64,000 nt of DNA from the NCBI RefSeq assembly GCF_006345805.1, contig NC_043018.1, forward strand, positions 11,656,001 to 11,720,000, in the 5' to 3' direction. The translations under genes were made by a program, and so were the position numbers. The DNA comes from Octopus sinensis. Its lineage: Eukaryota. Position 1 is the stretch's first letter. Each line of letters starts with the position of its first letter. This document shows, one piece after another, positions 12,833 to 25,742 of the stretch. The notes under the pieces are model-generated. The model saw nothing but the letters and a program-made list of their open reading frames with translations. It searched no databases and was not told the origin of the DNA.

Positions 12833-13396
12833 AGTCACTCAATAACAACTTTTTCTCCTCCCTTTCTTCTAAATATATGTTGTGACAGGGCCTATCTCCC
12901 CTTCTCATTCCTTCCCCTCTTCCTTCTCTCTACATAAATGTTGTTACAGACAGATAGATGGAAATAGCTTCTCTTTTATAACATAAGATTATTATTATTA
13001 TTTAATATTACTAGTATTATTAAATTCAGTATTATTTTTGAGAGCATTTGCTCATAAAACTTGAAACCAAAAGAAACAACCAAATTGACTGATTAGACAG
13101 TATCAAATATTGACAGTTCTGGTGCCATACCACTTTCAAGTAAGAGAAAAACCATAGTCTCAAGAATAACATTAAAAAAAAATATCTTAATTGTAGGTCA
13201 GATGTTACAACTCTATATTTATAGATATTTAATATGGCCAAATATCATCTGGTTCTTTGACAAGCTGTGATGTCTCTTAATACTAATTAACTAATCCTTT
13301 TTATTTTTTTAACAAGCTTTTATTATTTCATTTGTTGCAACAAAATCAATGAGATATTAATTTTATGACACATACTATATCTTTTTATCATTCCAG

Positions 13397-13581
13397 AATA
13401 CTTTGTATTATGATACGTATTGGGTGGGCCAACATGTCTGCTTGGCTTGGTTGTGTGCATTTCTTCTGCTTATTGTCCATTTCCTTCCTCCGCAATACCT
13501 TGATCTCCTACACAAATGTGCCCTCCATTTGGGACGTTGGCAAAAAGTTGAAGGACGTCATGCCCATGTACCATACAACCC
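13397..13581 (+). CDS. TMEM39A: TMEM39A/B-family protein, internal coding exon (third from last)
   Basis: ttccag|AAT ... CC|gtacgt; NTLYYDTYWVGQHVCLAWLCAFLLLIVHFLPPQYLDLLHKCALHLGRWQKVEGRHAHVPYNP resembles human TMEM39A as recalled (YYDMRWSCEH...[24 protein letters not shown]). Confidence 0.9.
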
Positions 13582-14437
13582 GTACGTATATTTAAATAAA
13601 ATCTCGATTGATAAGCACCAAACAGTTTCAGGGAAAATTTAATAGTAAAAGAAATTAAGCTGAAAAAAGGAGGGAAAGAAAAAGCTGCAAAAAGTAATAT
13701 AATTTGATTCAAGATGCTGATGATGATGTGTGGTTAAGAAGTTTGGTTCCCAACTACATGGCTTTAGGTTTATCCTCATTGTGTGACACTGGAGGCAAAT
13801 ACCTTCTACCGTAGCCAAGGGACTACTAAAGCCTTGTGAGTGGATTTGGTAGATGGAAACTAATATCCATTGCATATATGTTTGTTTACATGTGTGTGTG
13901 TATATATAAAGCTATCAATAATAGTATGTAAATGCTCGGTGTAAATGTATGTATGATGAGTTCAGGTGAAAAAGAAACAAAAGAAAACCTCAGAAAATGA
14001 TTGCAATAAAAATGTTCAGTTTTATCATAAACCAGAAAAGAGGTAAAAAATAAATGCATATAATCATCATCATCATCACCACCATTAACATCTGTTCTCC
14101 ATGCTTTGGTTGGAGATGGTTCAACAGGATCTGACAAGACAGAGGGTTCTGTTAGGCTCCACTGTCTGTTTTGATAGGGTTTCCTAAAACCAGCCAATTT
14201 AAAGAGTATAATGAGTACTTTTTTCATGGCACCAACAGTGGTAGAGATTGCTTCTTCTCAAAACTTGCAAGACTAAAGAGTCTAAAGGGGTTCCAAGAGG
14301 CTCCTTTAAAATAGGAAAGAGAGAGAGGGGGGGTGATGATTGAATATATTGAAAAATTAAGTTTAAAGTAATTATATTTTTGTTGTCTTATGAAATGTTA
14401 GTTTTATTTTTTGTTTTTTTTATATTTTTTCCCCCAG

Positions 14438-14558
14438 TTGGTCTGAATTGCAAGTGTGGCCTCCCGGGGTATTAGTTAAACATGTCAGAGGTTTGTTCCG
14501 AGCTGAAGGAATTAATATTACTGCTGAACCTGGTAATAGTATGCACAGTCGGTTTTAT
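14438..14558 (+). CDS. TMEM39A: TMEM39A/B-family protein, penultimate coding exon (121 nt)
   Basis: cccccag|T TGG ... TAT|gtaagt; WSELQVWPPGVLVKHVRGLFRAEGINITAEPGNSMHSRFY matches [24 protein letters not shown]..HARFY; phase fits the previous exon. Confidence 0.92.
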
Positions 14559-15639
14559 GTAAGTAGTCATTGTATTCTACACATTTACCCTTTTTATGTA
14601 TGTATAAACTGTTTTGCTAATGTATAACTACAGAGCATAGAGATGGTATAACTATAGAGCATACAGATGGTTGATTCAGCAAGCACTGGGCTCACTAGCT
14701 GATAGGTTAGTGGCTCACGTCTCGTCACCTGCCCTACTTTTAGTTCAGTGTACAGGTAGGAACACTGATTGATTTGAACAGTGGTAGCCAGGTAATATTG
14801 GTTTCAAATTTTGGCACAAGGCCAGCAGTTTTGGCACAGGGGGTAAGTTGATTACATCGACCCCAGTGTTCAGCTGGTGCTTATTTTATCAACCCCTGAA
14901 AAGATGGAAGGCAGTCGATTCTGGTAAAATTTGAACTGAGAATGTAAAGAGAGGCAAAATACTTCTAAGCATTTTTGTCTAGCATGGTAATGATTCTGCC
15001 AGCTTGCTGCCTTGTAACCAGGTAATATTAACTAGTGTTAGGTTTGTATGGATGTGGCTAAAACCCATGTGCCAAGTAGGTCTCTAATTAGCCACTTCAT
15101 AATCTAAAAATGTAAATCAAAATTTCTGTTGACAAGGTGTCTTAGCATCACTCAGTAAGACTGTTGTCAGCTGCTCACCAACCTAAATATTCTATCTATT
15201 TCTGTTCAGATTGACTGGGTTGGCTTCCCACACCTACCCTATTATATCATTCTAAACTTAAATAAACACATCATCAAAATCTTGAAGTTACAAGATAATT
15301 CAAAACAATGTGAATGAATAAGCATTACATTTGACAGAGCAATCTGAAGGAGCTAAAGGGTTAAAGCTACACGCACATCCACACTTAGTTTACATCTGAC
15401 GTCTGGACCCCCATCTTGTTCAGGATATTGATCTAATATTATATGTCCAATCATATAGAGTGGAACACAATCAACGGCTTCAGTTGCTAATGTTAACTCA
15501 CAAAAAACAGTATATATACATATATATACAAAAACACTTAGCATATTATATTATATTGATCATTTAACTGTATAATTGGTTCACATCAGTCTAGAAAAAA
15601 TAAACTTATGTCTTTCTTTCCTGTTCTTTCATTTTTCAG

Positions 15640-15870
15640 TTTCTTTTCCACTGGCCGTTAAGAATTACCAATTATTTGCTGTTTCTGTCTTTCACTTTGG
15701 TGATTTACCAATTTGTACGGCTCCTCCTCTGTACAGAATGGAACCACATTGTATCACTAGCATTGATGCTTTTCTGCTGCGATTATACGTTATTCAAACT
15801 CTTCCGCGACCGAGTCATATTGACTAGCACATATAAAGATGAGGAAGAGAAGGGCGATAATTCTCACTAA
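15640..15870 (+). CDS. TMEM39A: TMEM39A/B-family protein, terminal coding exon
   Basis: ttttcag|TTT; FLFHWPLRITNYLL...EWNHIVSLALMLFCCDYTLFKLFRDRVIL...* matches [38 protein letters not shown]; TAA at 15868-15870; AATAAA at ~16205 and ~16288. Confidence 0.92.
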   Translation, partial: FLFHWPLRITNYLLFLSFTLVIYQFVRLLLCTEWNHIVSLALMLFCCDYTLFKLFRDRVILTSTYKDEEEKGDNSH

Positions 15871-17559
15871 TCAACCCACAATTTGAAAGTGATCTAATCT
15901 GAAATCTACAAAGTCCACTTGAAACATTGGCCAGTCATAAAGAAAATCCTTCTCTGTCTCAGTTTTCTTTTTCCCACCTGGTCATGAAAAAAGCTGTTTG
16001 AGGAAGAAAATAATTCCAGCAGCTGAATTGATTACCAATTTTTTTTCTTTCTTTTCAAACTTTAAAATATCTCTTTCCAAGAGAATTCAATCCAGTTTCA
16101 AACAAAAGGTTTTGAAAGAGCTTCTGAGGAAATCAATACTTTTAACCTTTTAACAGATTGTTGTGAAATGTGAAACAGTATCTTTTCCTTTCTTCCTGCT
16201 CTGCTAAATAAAAGAAAAACCTAAATAATATGTGATATAGGGACCAAAAATATTTATATTTTTTAATACTTCTTTTATGAAGAAATCAATAAAAGCATTC
16301 AGTCAACAAGTTTGTTTTTCTTTTCCTCCTTTTTGATTTTTGCTTTGTCTTCAGTATTCTACCTCATCGTCATCATATCTGCTTTTTCCATGGAGGTATG
16401 CATTAAAGGAAATTTCTGGAAGCAAATGTTAACAGGCAGGTGCCTTCCTGTCATCAACCCTTACCTATTTTCACTTGTCTCCACAAAAAAAGAAATTCTT
16501 TGAATTACCACACCCCTCCCCCTTGGACAATATAGTCCAGAAGAATACAAAGGTTGAATGCCTTGCTTTAACTTCAGCCTTTACCTCTTTGAGTCCTAGA
16601 GGATATTATCATAACATACAGTATATCAAACATTTTTAGATTTGGCACAGCCCGTCCCTCTCCTGGTTTGACCATTGCTGATTTCTTCCAGATGGAGAGA
16701 AGGAGATAGAAAGAAAGAATAAGAGAAAGGAAAAGAATCAGCTCTAGTACGCGACTGGTACATTTTGTCAACCCTGATAGAATGAAAGGCAAAATTGACC
16801 TCATGGCATTTGAACTCACTGCATAGAAAGCTGTAATAAATCAATTAATTCAACTGATGCTTGAACAACTCTGATTCTCAGCCAAAATTAAGCACATCAA
16901 AAAAGGTCCTCAAGAAGACCCGTTACAGTAGCTTGTACAGCAGAGTACCATGTCTTGGTGACACTCACTTGCTTCTAAAGACTGGATAGTCTTAGCCGAA
17001 ATAACTTTGGTCCTAACTCAACTCAATCAGAAAAGACCAGGAACTTAACAAAATCTACTACCATTGCTACTTACTTACTTACTTACTTACTACTACTACT
17101 ACTACTACTCCTCTCATAGGCCGAAAGTGATGTTGGTTTGTTTTTTTTCTGAATGTAATTTTACCAAATTACATTCCCTTCACCATTGGTTGTTGGCTCA
17201 TCCTTTCTCTTTCATGTCTTGCTTTGCACTCATCCCCAAACGTGACGTCTGTTTTTCAGTGCAGCCTCCATCTATTCTATTTCTCATATATTGTCAGACA
17301 ATTGTATTTTGAAAATTGTTTAGCCCATGGTCAGCCCTGATCTAGAAAATCCATGATCAGACATTATGCTTATGTTTAATTTGTCCACCCCACCATTATA
17401 AATAGTGTGCCTAGAACTGGATAATCCAATGCATCATTTTTTTTTTTATTGAAGGAATGTGATTTGAGGGAGATGTAATTGTTATTTTAACAGATTGAGT
17501 AACCAAGTAGAAGCGTCTTGGCTCTTGTCAAAAATGTTACAGTGTGCTCAACAAGTATT

Positions 17560-18010
17560 TTAATACCATTTTGTCCTCTCCTCTACATCTCCCTACACAT
17601 TGTGCTCATTACCTCCACCATCTTTCATTATGTCTTCCTGTTCCTCTTCTGCTTCATTCCACATTCATTTTCATCACTCCTCTCACCCAGTCATTTCCAT
17701 CCTTCCTCATTTCTCTTCACAATATCCATTCACTGACTCAATTTCTATCATTCTCAAAAATTCATTAATATATCTTTTTGCGATGCTCTTTTACAATCAG
17801 ATGCTCTTTCTGCCACTATTTCTCCTCTCCCAATAATATTCCATTCATCAATCAAACCATTCTCATTTCCTTTCTTACTCTCCTCCATGTTCATTCCCCC
17901 ATGTCTCACTTCTATGAATTTCTTCTGCATGCAACTTCACCTTTTTCAGCTGCAACACTTTCTTTCCCATTAGTACACTTCTCCATTCTAAGAACTTTCA
18001 TGTATATCTC
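17560..18010 (-). mobile_element. Highly decayed RTE-like LINE fragment
   Basis: Minus strand gives traces such as HRSETWGMN and RKEMRMV, typical of the post-RT region of RTE ORFs; purine-rich strand bias. Confidence 0.4.
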
Positions 18011-18339
18011 ACTCTAACCATTGCCACCAAATTTATTCCAGTTTCCAATATATGTAAGCATTTACAAACTTCTTGTTCACTACCTATGATGCAAAATCTA
18101 CCTTGTGGAATAGATATTTTCAGCAATATTATTATAAATTATGCTGTATCCAACTTCTTACAGTGATGAATTGCACCATTCCTTGCTACCCATTTACTGG
18201 TAAATAGACATTACCTCATTTCTTTTCAATAAGAATTGGAGGATCAGTTCTCATGGTCTTTGCTGGCTTTACAGATCATTGTGAGTTAAATGCAGCTCAG
18301 ATATAACGGTACTGTTAAGAACTTTGTTTCAAAGCTGAG

Positions 18340-18745
18340 GGGCTGCACCAGATTCCAATCTGATTTGGCGTGGTTTCCATGGCTGGATGCCCTTCCTAAT
18401 GCCAACCAGTATACGAGTGTAATGGATGCTTTTAGGTGCCACTGACACAGGAGTCAGTTGTGTGGCACCAGTATCTGCCACAACTGTGATTTCACTTGGC
18501 TTGATGGGTTTTCTTCTCATGCTCAGCATATTGCCAAAGGTCTCAGTCATTTGTCATTGCCTCCATGGGGCCCAATGCTCTAAAGGTGCTTTTACATGCC
18601 ACTGGTATGGGTACTAGTTATGGGACACTGGCATCGGCCACTCTGCCTCCATGAGGCCCAATGCTCGAAAGGTGCTTTTTATATGCCACCAGCACAGGTG
18701 ATAGTTACATGACACCAGCATCAGCCACAACTACGATTTCACTGA
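18340..18745 (-). mobile_element. RTE-tail SINE-like element containing dispersed, diverged copies of the 145-bp satellite monomer
   Basis: Reverse complement contains GTGGCATGTAAAAGCACCTTTAGAGCATTGGGCCCCATGGAGGCAATGACAAATGACTGAGACCTTTGGCAATATGCTG...CCCATCAAGCCAAGTGAAATC, then the TTGGCATTAGGAAGGGCATCCAGC tail. Confidence 0.85.
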
Positions 18746-19166
18746 AAACAGTTGTGCTATCTTTGTGGAAATGGAGTCTCCTGGTCACCCATCTGTGCAA
18801 CCTGTCTTAGCCATCTTCCTGAGTTTTTATAGGGGATCAGAAGCCAAATTATAGAGTTTTCAAAGAAACCCTGTCCATGCCATCACTTCATGTTGATTGT
18901 TCGGTTAATAGACCAATCACATGACTTGTTTGTGATGTCAGACTGAGTATCCAGGGATTTGGTTTCAAATCACAGCTAGAGTTCTTTGAACTTTCTCCTG
19001 CCAGTTCTTATTCTAGAAACTAAATTTTCAGCACACCCCACACCATTGCTAATTAGATCACTGAGGTAATTAGAAATTATCTACTACCTCTTTGTGTTTT
19101 TTTGCACCTATGCACCTGCCATATTGCCTTTTATGTGAAAAGAAATATTCAGGAGGAGGATGGTGG

Positions 19167-19198
<32 letters not shown>

Positions 19199-20544
19199 AG
19201 GAGAAGAACAAAAAGAAGAGTATAATTGATAATATCGACTGCTGTACATATTTTATAGTCAAAATTAATCCTGTCAGGATTTGCACTCAGAATGTGAAGC
19301 AAAGTATTATGTCTGCCACTCCCCATAGCAGTTTAAGGATGAATGGCAAAAACTTGCAAAATAGAGAAACTGCAACTTCTTAATGGTGTAGTATACAAAA
19401 AAAAAAAAAATTTAAGAAAAGGTATTAATTGCCAGTTAGTGATTATAGTGACAAGAAAATTAACAGATACATCATTTGAGACAAAAGAATAGAAATTGTA
19501 TCATGAGATTAAGCAATAACAATTCAAATAAATGCAGTGGACAACTTCTAAAAAAGCTTTTATGTCTGGAGTATTTTGTCATTGTACAATGATTTACATT
19601 ACTTTGCTATGAAGGTTAAAAGCCGAAAGAATTAAATATGATCTTAGCCTGTTGTGTCCCTTGTGTCTCATTGAAACATAACCCACACCTTGATTCTCAT
19701 CCAAAGAGAAACCAACACCTTGATCAATAAGCATTGATTGTCAATTAATCTTGATTACTGTCTTTATTAGCAAAATATGTTTGTAGTCAAAGTAAAGCCA
19801 TTTTTTATTCATCTGATGGAAACATATTTCTTTCAAATGGTGCAATGAACACATTAAAAATATTAATTCAATCCATTGCTCAGCAAAACACCATGACCTC
19901 TGGCCTAAGAGCTGTGAGCTGAATCTATGACTCTGAACAAGTCCCACATCTGAGCAGTCTCAGCAGCCTCAGAGTCCCTGAAAGGAGTTACAGGAGATAC
20001 CCTTCCTCGTCCGAGTTAACAGCCATGAAAAATCATACATTATAAAAGAAAAGTGAATTTCTGTCTGTCTGTCACAACATCTATTAACGGGACAGAAAGA
20101 AGGGGAGGGATCAAAATATCCCTAAGTATTTTTAGAAGGGGAGGAGAAAGGTTGTTGTAGAGAACAATATAGGAGAAAGAGAGAGTGTGTGTAGATAGAT
20201 AGATATACAGATAGTATTGTCACTATCATAATAATTAAAAAGTTTTGATTAAAAACATGGGAATTTTAAGTACAAATCTGTCCACACAGTTTCAAAGAAA
20301 AAAATATTTTCATAATATAACAATATAGATAGTTATTTTTTTGGTTGTTTGTGTGTTTCTGTTTGTCTGTCAATGCAACACATACTTTAAAAAAAGACTT
20401 TCACTATAACGACAGGTTGTTGTTGTTGTTGAGAGAGAATGTGTGTGTGTGTGTGTGTAAAAGATAGATAAGAAGATTGTTGTCATCATAGTAACTAATT
20501 AGACTTTCACTATGTAACTGTCTACTATTACAAGAGGGTATACT

Positions 20545-20740
20545 CTTTTACTCTTTTACTTGTTTCAGTCATTTGACTGCGGCCATGCTGGAGCACCGCC
20601 TTTAGTCGAGCAAATCGACCCCGGGACTTATTCTTTGTAAGCCCAGTACTTATTCTATCGGTCTCTTTTGCCAAACCACTAAGTTACAGGGACGTAAACA
20701 CACCAGCATCGGTTGTCAAGCAATGCTAGGGGAACAAACA

Positions 20741-20780
<40 letters not shown>
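20545..20780 (-). mobile_element. SINE 3' half with (CA)n
   Basis: TACTCTTTTACTTGTTTCAGTCATTTGACTGCGGCCATGCTGGAGCACCGCC...GACCCCGGGACTTATTCTTTGTAAG..TACTTATTCTATCGG. Confidence 0.8.
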
Positions 20781-20782
<2 letters not shown>

Positions 20783-20931
20783 CCTCAACTAAAGATAATT
20801 CTTTAGCATTCATATTTCTCTGCCAAATGTAATGCTTATTTATTCACATTGTTTTGAATTAATCATGCATTTACCTGGTAGCTTTGAGATTTTGAAGACA
20901 TGTTCATTTCTTCTTTAGATGACATTGTAAG

Positions 20932-20962
<31 letters not shown>

Positions 20963-21393
20963 TGGATCTGGCCAGTTTGAACATAAAGCCAGCAGGATAT
21001 TTGGACCTGATTTGGCTTGGTTTAAATACTAAAGGGTTAAGAAAGTGATTTAAATACAAACCAGTAGAAAGAGTGTCAGAAATAACTCTTCAACATTGCA
21101 ATCAGTTAAAAAGAAAATTGCAGTAAAGCTGCAGAGTGGTGGGTGTCAGATGTGGAATGCAGACTATCATAAAAATGGTTTTATTTTGACATGCACATTA
21201 TGTTTTTATTCTTCCTTCCATTTTAGGTCATGAATAGAGAATATTATGTATACTTCTTGTATTCAACTTTGATTACACTGTAAAATTATTGCAGTTTTCT
21301 TCTTTCTTTTTTCTCACTATATTTTCAAAACTCTTGTCATTTGTGGCTTTGGCCTAAATACAAAATTGACATTTCTTATCTCAGCTGTAAATA

Positions 21394-21441
<48 letters not shown>

Positions 21442-21454
21442 GTGTGTGTGTATG

Positions 21455-21488
<34 letters not shown>

Positions 21489-21899
21489 CAGAGAGAGAGA
21501 AGAGGTGGTGGTGATGGTTGTAGTTGTAGCAGCAGCAGCAGCAGTAGTATAATGCAAGGTGATTCTACAATTAAGACTAAAGATTACCTCGCTTATAATA
21601 AGCAAATTCAGTGTTGCATCCTGGAGTCACTGAGTTGTACAGGTCTTTTCTGTTTGGCTGCCACTTTTCAATTTCTTCAATTTCTGTTCCAATCGATTTC
21701 ATATTTGGTGTAATGGTATAGTTTTGTATGCTACTCATTGACATGAAATTCATTTTTGCCATATATCAATAAAGAGTTAATAGCTTTTAAAGTTTGCATA
21801 TTTTGGGTAATTTTAGCTATTCGTAAGCCACAAACACATTCATACCTGTTTCCATAGTAACAAGCACATGTGTTGACAAATATATTCTACGTGAAACCA

Positions 21900-23625
21900 T
21901 GTATAGACGATGAACTTTACGAATCTTGTAAAGAGATATCCCAGTGATTTGCTGGATGTGACTAAAGCAGTGGTCCAGAAAATGCTAGAGGTTGCACCCC
22001 AGAGAGAAAAAGAGGGAGAAACTGCCAAAATTAGTGCAGCCTCTCCCTAAAACGTAAAAATGTAAGTTTATTTTGCTGTTTTAAATTCTTCCATGGAGAT
22101 TAAAGTAAGGTGTATAAATGCACGTGGCTTGGGGTCGAGATGGAAACAAATCTGTCTCCTGAACGACCTCAGGTCACTAGATTTGGATATATGTTTGGTA
22201 ACTGAGTCCAAGTTGAATGAGCCACATACATTCTCACCTCTTCTAAGTAGCTACTAGAAATGTATTTCTCCTAGTCACCAGGGAGGCGCTGGCATGGTAG
22301 TTTTATTCAGAAAAAGCTTGGACATACAGGGAAGTACAGTCTTTCTGAACCCAGAAGCTAGGCTGGTCATCCTAGATGCGACACATGTCAGTAAGCAGTC
22401 TTTCAGGTTGGCCAGCTGTTTACGTGACACGGAGAATTTCTTAGTAACATCTAAGACACTAGTTTTAACAGGAGACTTTAACACTATACTTGATGCACTG
22501 GTGGATAGTGTTGGCTCGGCAAATAGAAGGGGGAATCCTGGTCTCAAAAGGCTACTAACAAGCTTAGTAGATCATTATAGGCTGGATGAACTGCTCGTTC
22601 CACAGTGGACGTGATCTAATCTCGACAGGTCTTATCTCGATCGAATATTCATTAGAAATAGAGATAAGGGTAGTGTTAGTTGTCCATGTTCCTTTCGCAT
22701 CCCTTACATGGATCACAAATTTGTGATGTGTAAGGTGTACTTAGTTAAGTGCTATAGACAGGGACTAGGGTACTGGAAGCTAAACAAGTCTATTTTGACT
22801 TGTAAAGCCTTCCGTGCCAGGGTTAAGGAATTAGTTCAGAGGGCATTATGTGGCGCCATCATCAATAATAGATGGTGGTGCACCCTCAAATGAGCCATTT
22901 GTTCAGAGTCTGTTAGATTTAGTAAACAGCTAAGTTTAGAAAAGACTAGAATAGAAGGGAAACTAGTTAAGGAATTAGAAGAGGCCATAGAATCTGGCTC
23001 TGCATCTAGAGTGACAGCAGCGAGGACGATATTGTTCCACCACCTCAAAGCCAAACACAAATGGTGTAGAGTCAGGGCTCAGTTATGTGCAGAGGGGAGA
23101 GAGGGCATTAACGTTGCCGGATGGGCTCGTTGTGTGGAGAGTTGTAGGGGCGGCAGGGAAGCCTCTATAAAGTCTTTAATTGATGAGTAGAGTCATACGA
23201 TTGAAGGACAAGAGGAGATGTGGAAGGCTTTTCATCAGCATTTTGCCCGGTTGCTCAGGGAGAGCGATGCACCGGACAGTGGGGAGCCCCTAAGGGACTT
23301 CCTCGCCGGTAGGCCGCAACTCTTGACAAGGGAAGTGAGGTGCTGTGAAGGGCCGATCACAGCTGAGGAGGTCAAAGAGGTGGTAGCTGAATATGCCGGG
23401 GCTGGATGGTCTGCCCTACGAATTTTATCAAAGTATGCCGGACTTGTTCGGACACTTGCTAGCTTGTGTCTACACAAACAGGAAGCAGATTGGGAGGATT
23501 CCCAGCTCTGTTTATCGGAGAGTGGTGATGTTGATCAGAAAAGACCCGAACAATGGGGTGATATTAGCAATTTCAGGCCCATAACTCTACTTAATGTAGA
23601 GTTAAAGATTTTGGCTTATGTTTAA
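21900..23625 (+). mobile_element. Tx1/L1-clade LINE relic: possible ORF1 end, AP-endonuclease and RT N-terminus; 3'-truncated
   Basis: From ~22096: IKVRCINARGLG...DICLVTESKL, VLTGDFN, DHKFV, GYWKLNKSIL, PGLDGLPYEFY, FRPITLLNVELKILA; multiple stops and frameshifts. Confidence 0.85.
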
Positions 23626-23743
23626 ACACTGCTTGGCACTAAAATTTCAATATATATATTCTTTATTTGTGTATTAGGGCTTAGTACACAAATAAAGAAT
23701 TTATCCACCAATGCAGTGTTGAACACTCATTCTCATTGTTTGA

Positions 23744-23744
<1 letters not shown>

Positions 23745-23829
<85 letters not shown>
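23745..23829. repeat. Compound (TTAC)n(ATAC)n microsatellite
   Basis: Direct reading. Confidence 0.95.
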
Positions 23830-23837
<8 letters not shown>

Positions 23838-23955
23838 CATACATACATAAATGAAAAATGTATAGTAAATAAACAAACAGGCATAACGTATACTGAATAT
23901 AGAAATGAACGGGAGACAAACAGAAGGTTCATAATTCTTCATCAGTTATCAATGT

Positions 23956-24147
23956 CACTAAAGTGACGGAGGGTACTAAGTGGTACTAGCATTGCTGGAA
24001 ATAAGAGTCAAAACAACTCAATAGCCACAAACACAGTATCTTAATTACTGATAAGTAATTAAGATAGTGTATTTGTGGCTATTAAGTTGTTTTTACTCTT
24101 ATTTCTAGCAATGCTGGTACCACTTAGTATCCTCTGTCACTTTAGTG
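23956..24147. mobile_element. 192-bp palindromic MITE with CACTA...TAGTG ends and a 4-bp TSD (ATGT); Chapaev/CMC-like
   Basis: Two ~93-bp arms with about 8 mismatches around a 6-nt loop TGATAA; ATGT directly flanks both ends. Confidence 0.8.
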
Positions 24148-24208
24148 ATGTCTATAAATTTGCCCTTAGGTTGTTAAATTGCTAATAAGCCACCTATAAT
24201 ATTTATAG

Positions 24209-24254
<46 letters not shown>

Positions 24255-24257
<3 letters not shown>

Positions 24258-24857
24258 GGGACGTAGTCAGTCCACCTGTGCATACCTTCCTTCTTGTGAC
24301 ACTTGTGAAGACCTGTTGAGGCAAGTGAGAATCGAATCAAATCAAATCAAATCGAACCAAATCAAAATAGATGAACATCAATGGAATTTGTATCCTTGTG
24401 GTACCAGTGCCGGTGGCACATAAGAAAACCATCCGAACGTGATCGTAGCCAGTACCGCAACGACTGGCCTCCGTGCTGAGGGCACGTAACAAACACCATC
24501 CGAGCGTGGCCGTCCGCCAGCCCCGTCTGGCACCTGTGTCGGTGACACATAAGAAAACACCATCCGAGCGTGGCCGTCAGCCAGCCTCGTCTGGCACCTG
24601 TGTCGGTGGCACATAAAAAACACCATCCGAGCGTGGCCGTCTGCCAGCCTCGTCTGGCACCTGTGTCGGTGGCACATAAAATCACCCACTACACTCTCGG
24701 AGTGGTTGGCGTTAGGAAGGGCATCCAGCTGTAGAAACACTGCCAGATCTGACTGGCCTGGTGCAGCCTTCGGGCTTGCCAGACCCCAGTTGAACCGTCC
24801 AACCCATGCTAGCATGGAAAGCGGACGTTAAACGATGATGATGATGATGATGATGAT
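24255..24857 (+). mobile_element. RTE 3' fragment or SINE with three ~63-bp internal tandem units and a (GAT)n tail
   Basis: Units CACCATCCGAGCGTGGCCGTC..GCCAGCC..GTCTGGCACCTGTGTCGGTGGCACATAA at 24494, 24558 and 24621; ends GCATGGAAAGCGGACGTTAAACGATGATGAT. Confidence 0.85.
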
Positions 24858-25110
24858 ATATATATATATAAATTCAGTACAGGTATAAATACTGAAGTTT
24901 GCTTTACAAAAGCTTGTCTACAGGTATTCACCAAATTCATTCACAAGGCTTTAGTCAGAGTGGGGCTATATAGAAGACACAAGCCAAAGGTACTACACAG
25001 TGGGACTGAACCCAGAACCATGTGGTTGGGAAGCAATTATCTTACCATACAGCCACGCCTGCATACATATATGATTATATATTATATTACATACATTATA
25101 AACGTGTGTA

Positions 25111-25160
<50 letters not shown>

Positions 25161-25664
25161 CGCATTAGAGTGCGTGTATAGAATAGAAGTGGGAGAAGAA
25201 AATCTAGTAAATGAATTTGAAGAGAGAGAAAGAGGAGTGTAAAAGCATTAACATAACCAGAGAATAAAGAACGGCAATATAAGAACTTGATACTCGAAGA
25301 ATATAGCAACAGTGTACAGAAACACAGAACTTAGTAATTCTAAAAGTGGCGGTAAAAATACTAAAAAAAAAAAAACTGGGAGAAGTTCCAGCACTTCGAT
25401 GAAATTATTGACTCTTCGATTTCAAGACAATTAAATGAACAAATTGCTTCATTTAATTTTCGGAATTAATTTATTATACAACAAAATAATTTTTTATTTG
25501 TTGATATAATCGGGAGGTGGGTTTCAAATCGCCAAACTACAGAGTGTTGTGAGAAGCAGATCAGTTTCAGGAACGACCTCAGAAGTGAGAGACAATCAGA
25601 AACCAGAATCGTCTTAGAATATAGAACTTTCTTCTATTCTTTGTGGGGAAGTGAAATCAAAATA

Positions 25665-25742
25665 ATGCCAAAAAGCATTCGTATTACGAACAAACTAGTT
25701 CGGTGTTTTCTAGCCGAGTTTCTGGGTACTTTCATACTCTTG
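25665..25742 (+). CDS. AQP3/7/9/10-like: Aquaglyceroporin, distal first coding exon (1a): MPKSIRITNKLVRCFLAEFLGTFILL
   Basis: AATAATG start, MIP TM1 motif AEFLGT, 78 nt, phase-0 donor |gtaagt. Confidence 0.8.

Noticed and set aside
1-13396. Upstream TMEM39 exons (expected ...DFN.R.K.VLFNS...AYY..F.PLCF..)
   Set aside because: Not found by eye; probably left of the window, implying an intron of at least 13 kb. An AG..GT-bounded 39-nt stretch near 13100-13140 (YQILTVLVPYHFQ) has no similarity and was not accepted. tBLASTn would settle this.
25561-25566. Initiator-like TCAGTT ~100 nt upstream of the exon 1a ATG
   Set aside because: A 6-mer occurs often by chance; needs CAGE data.
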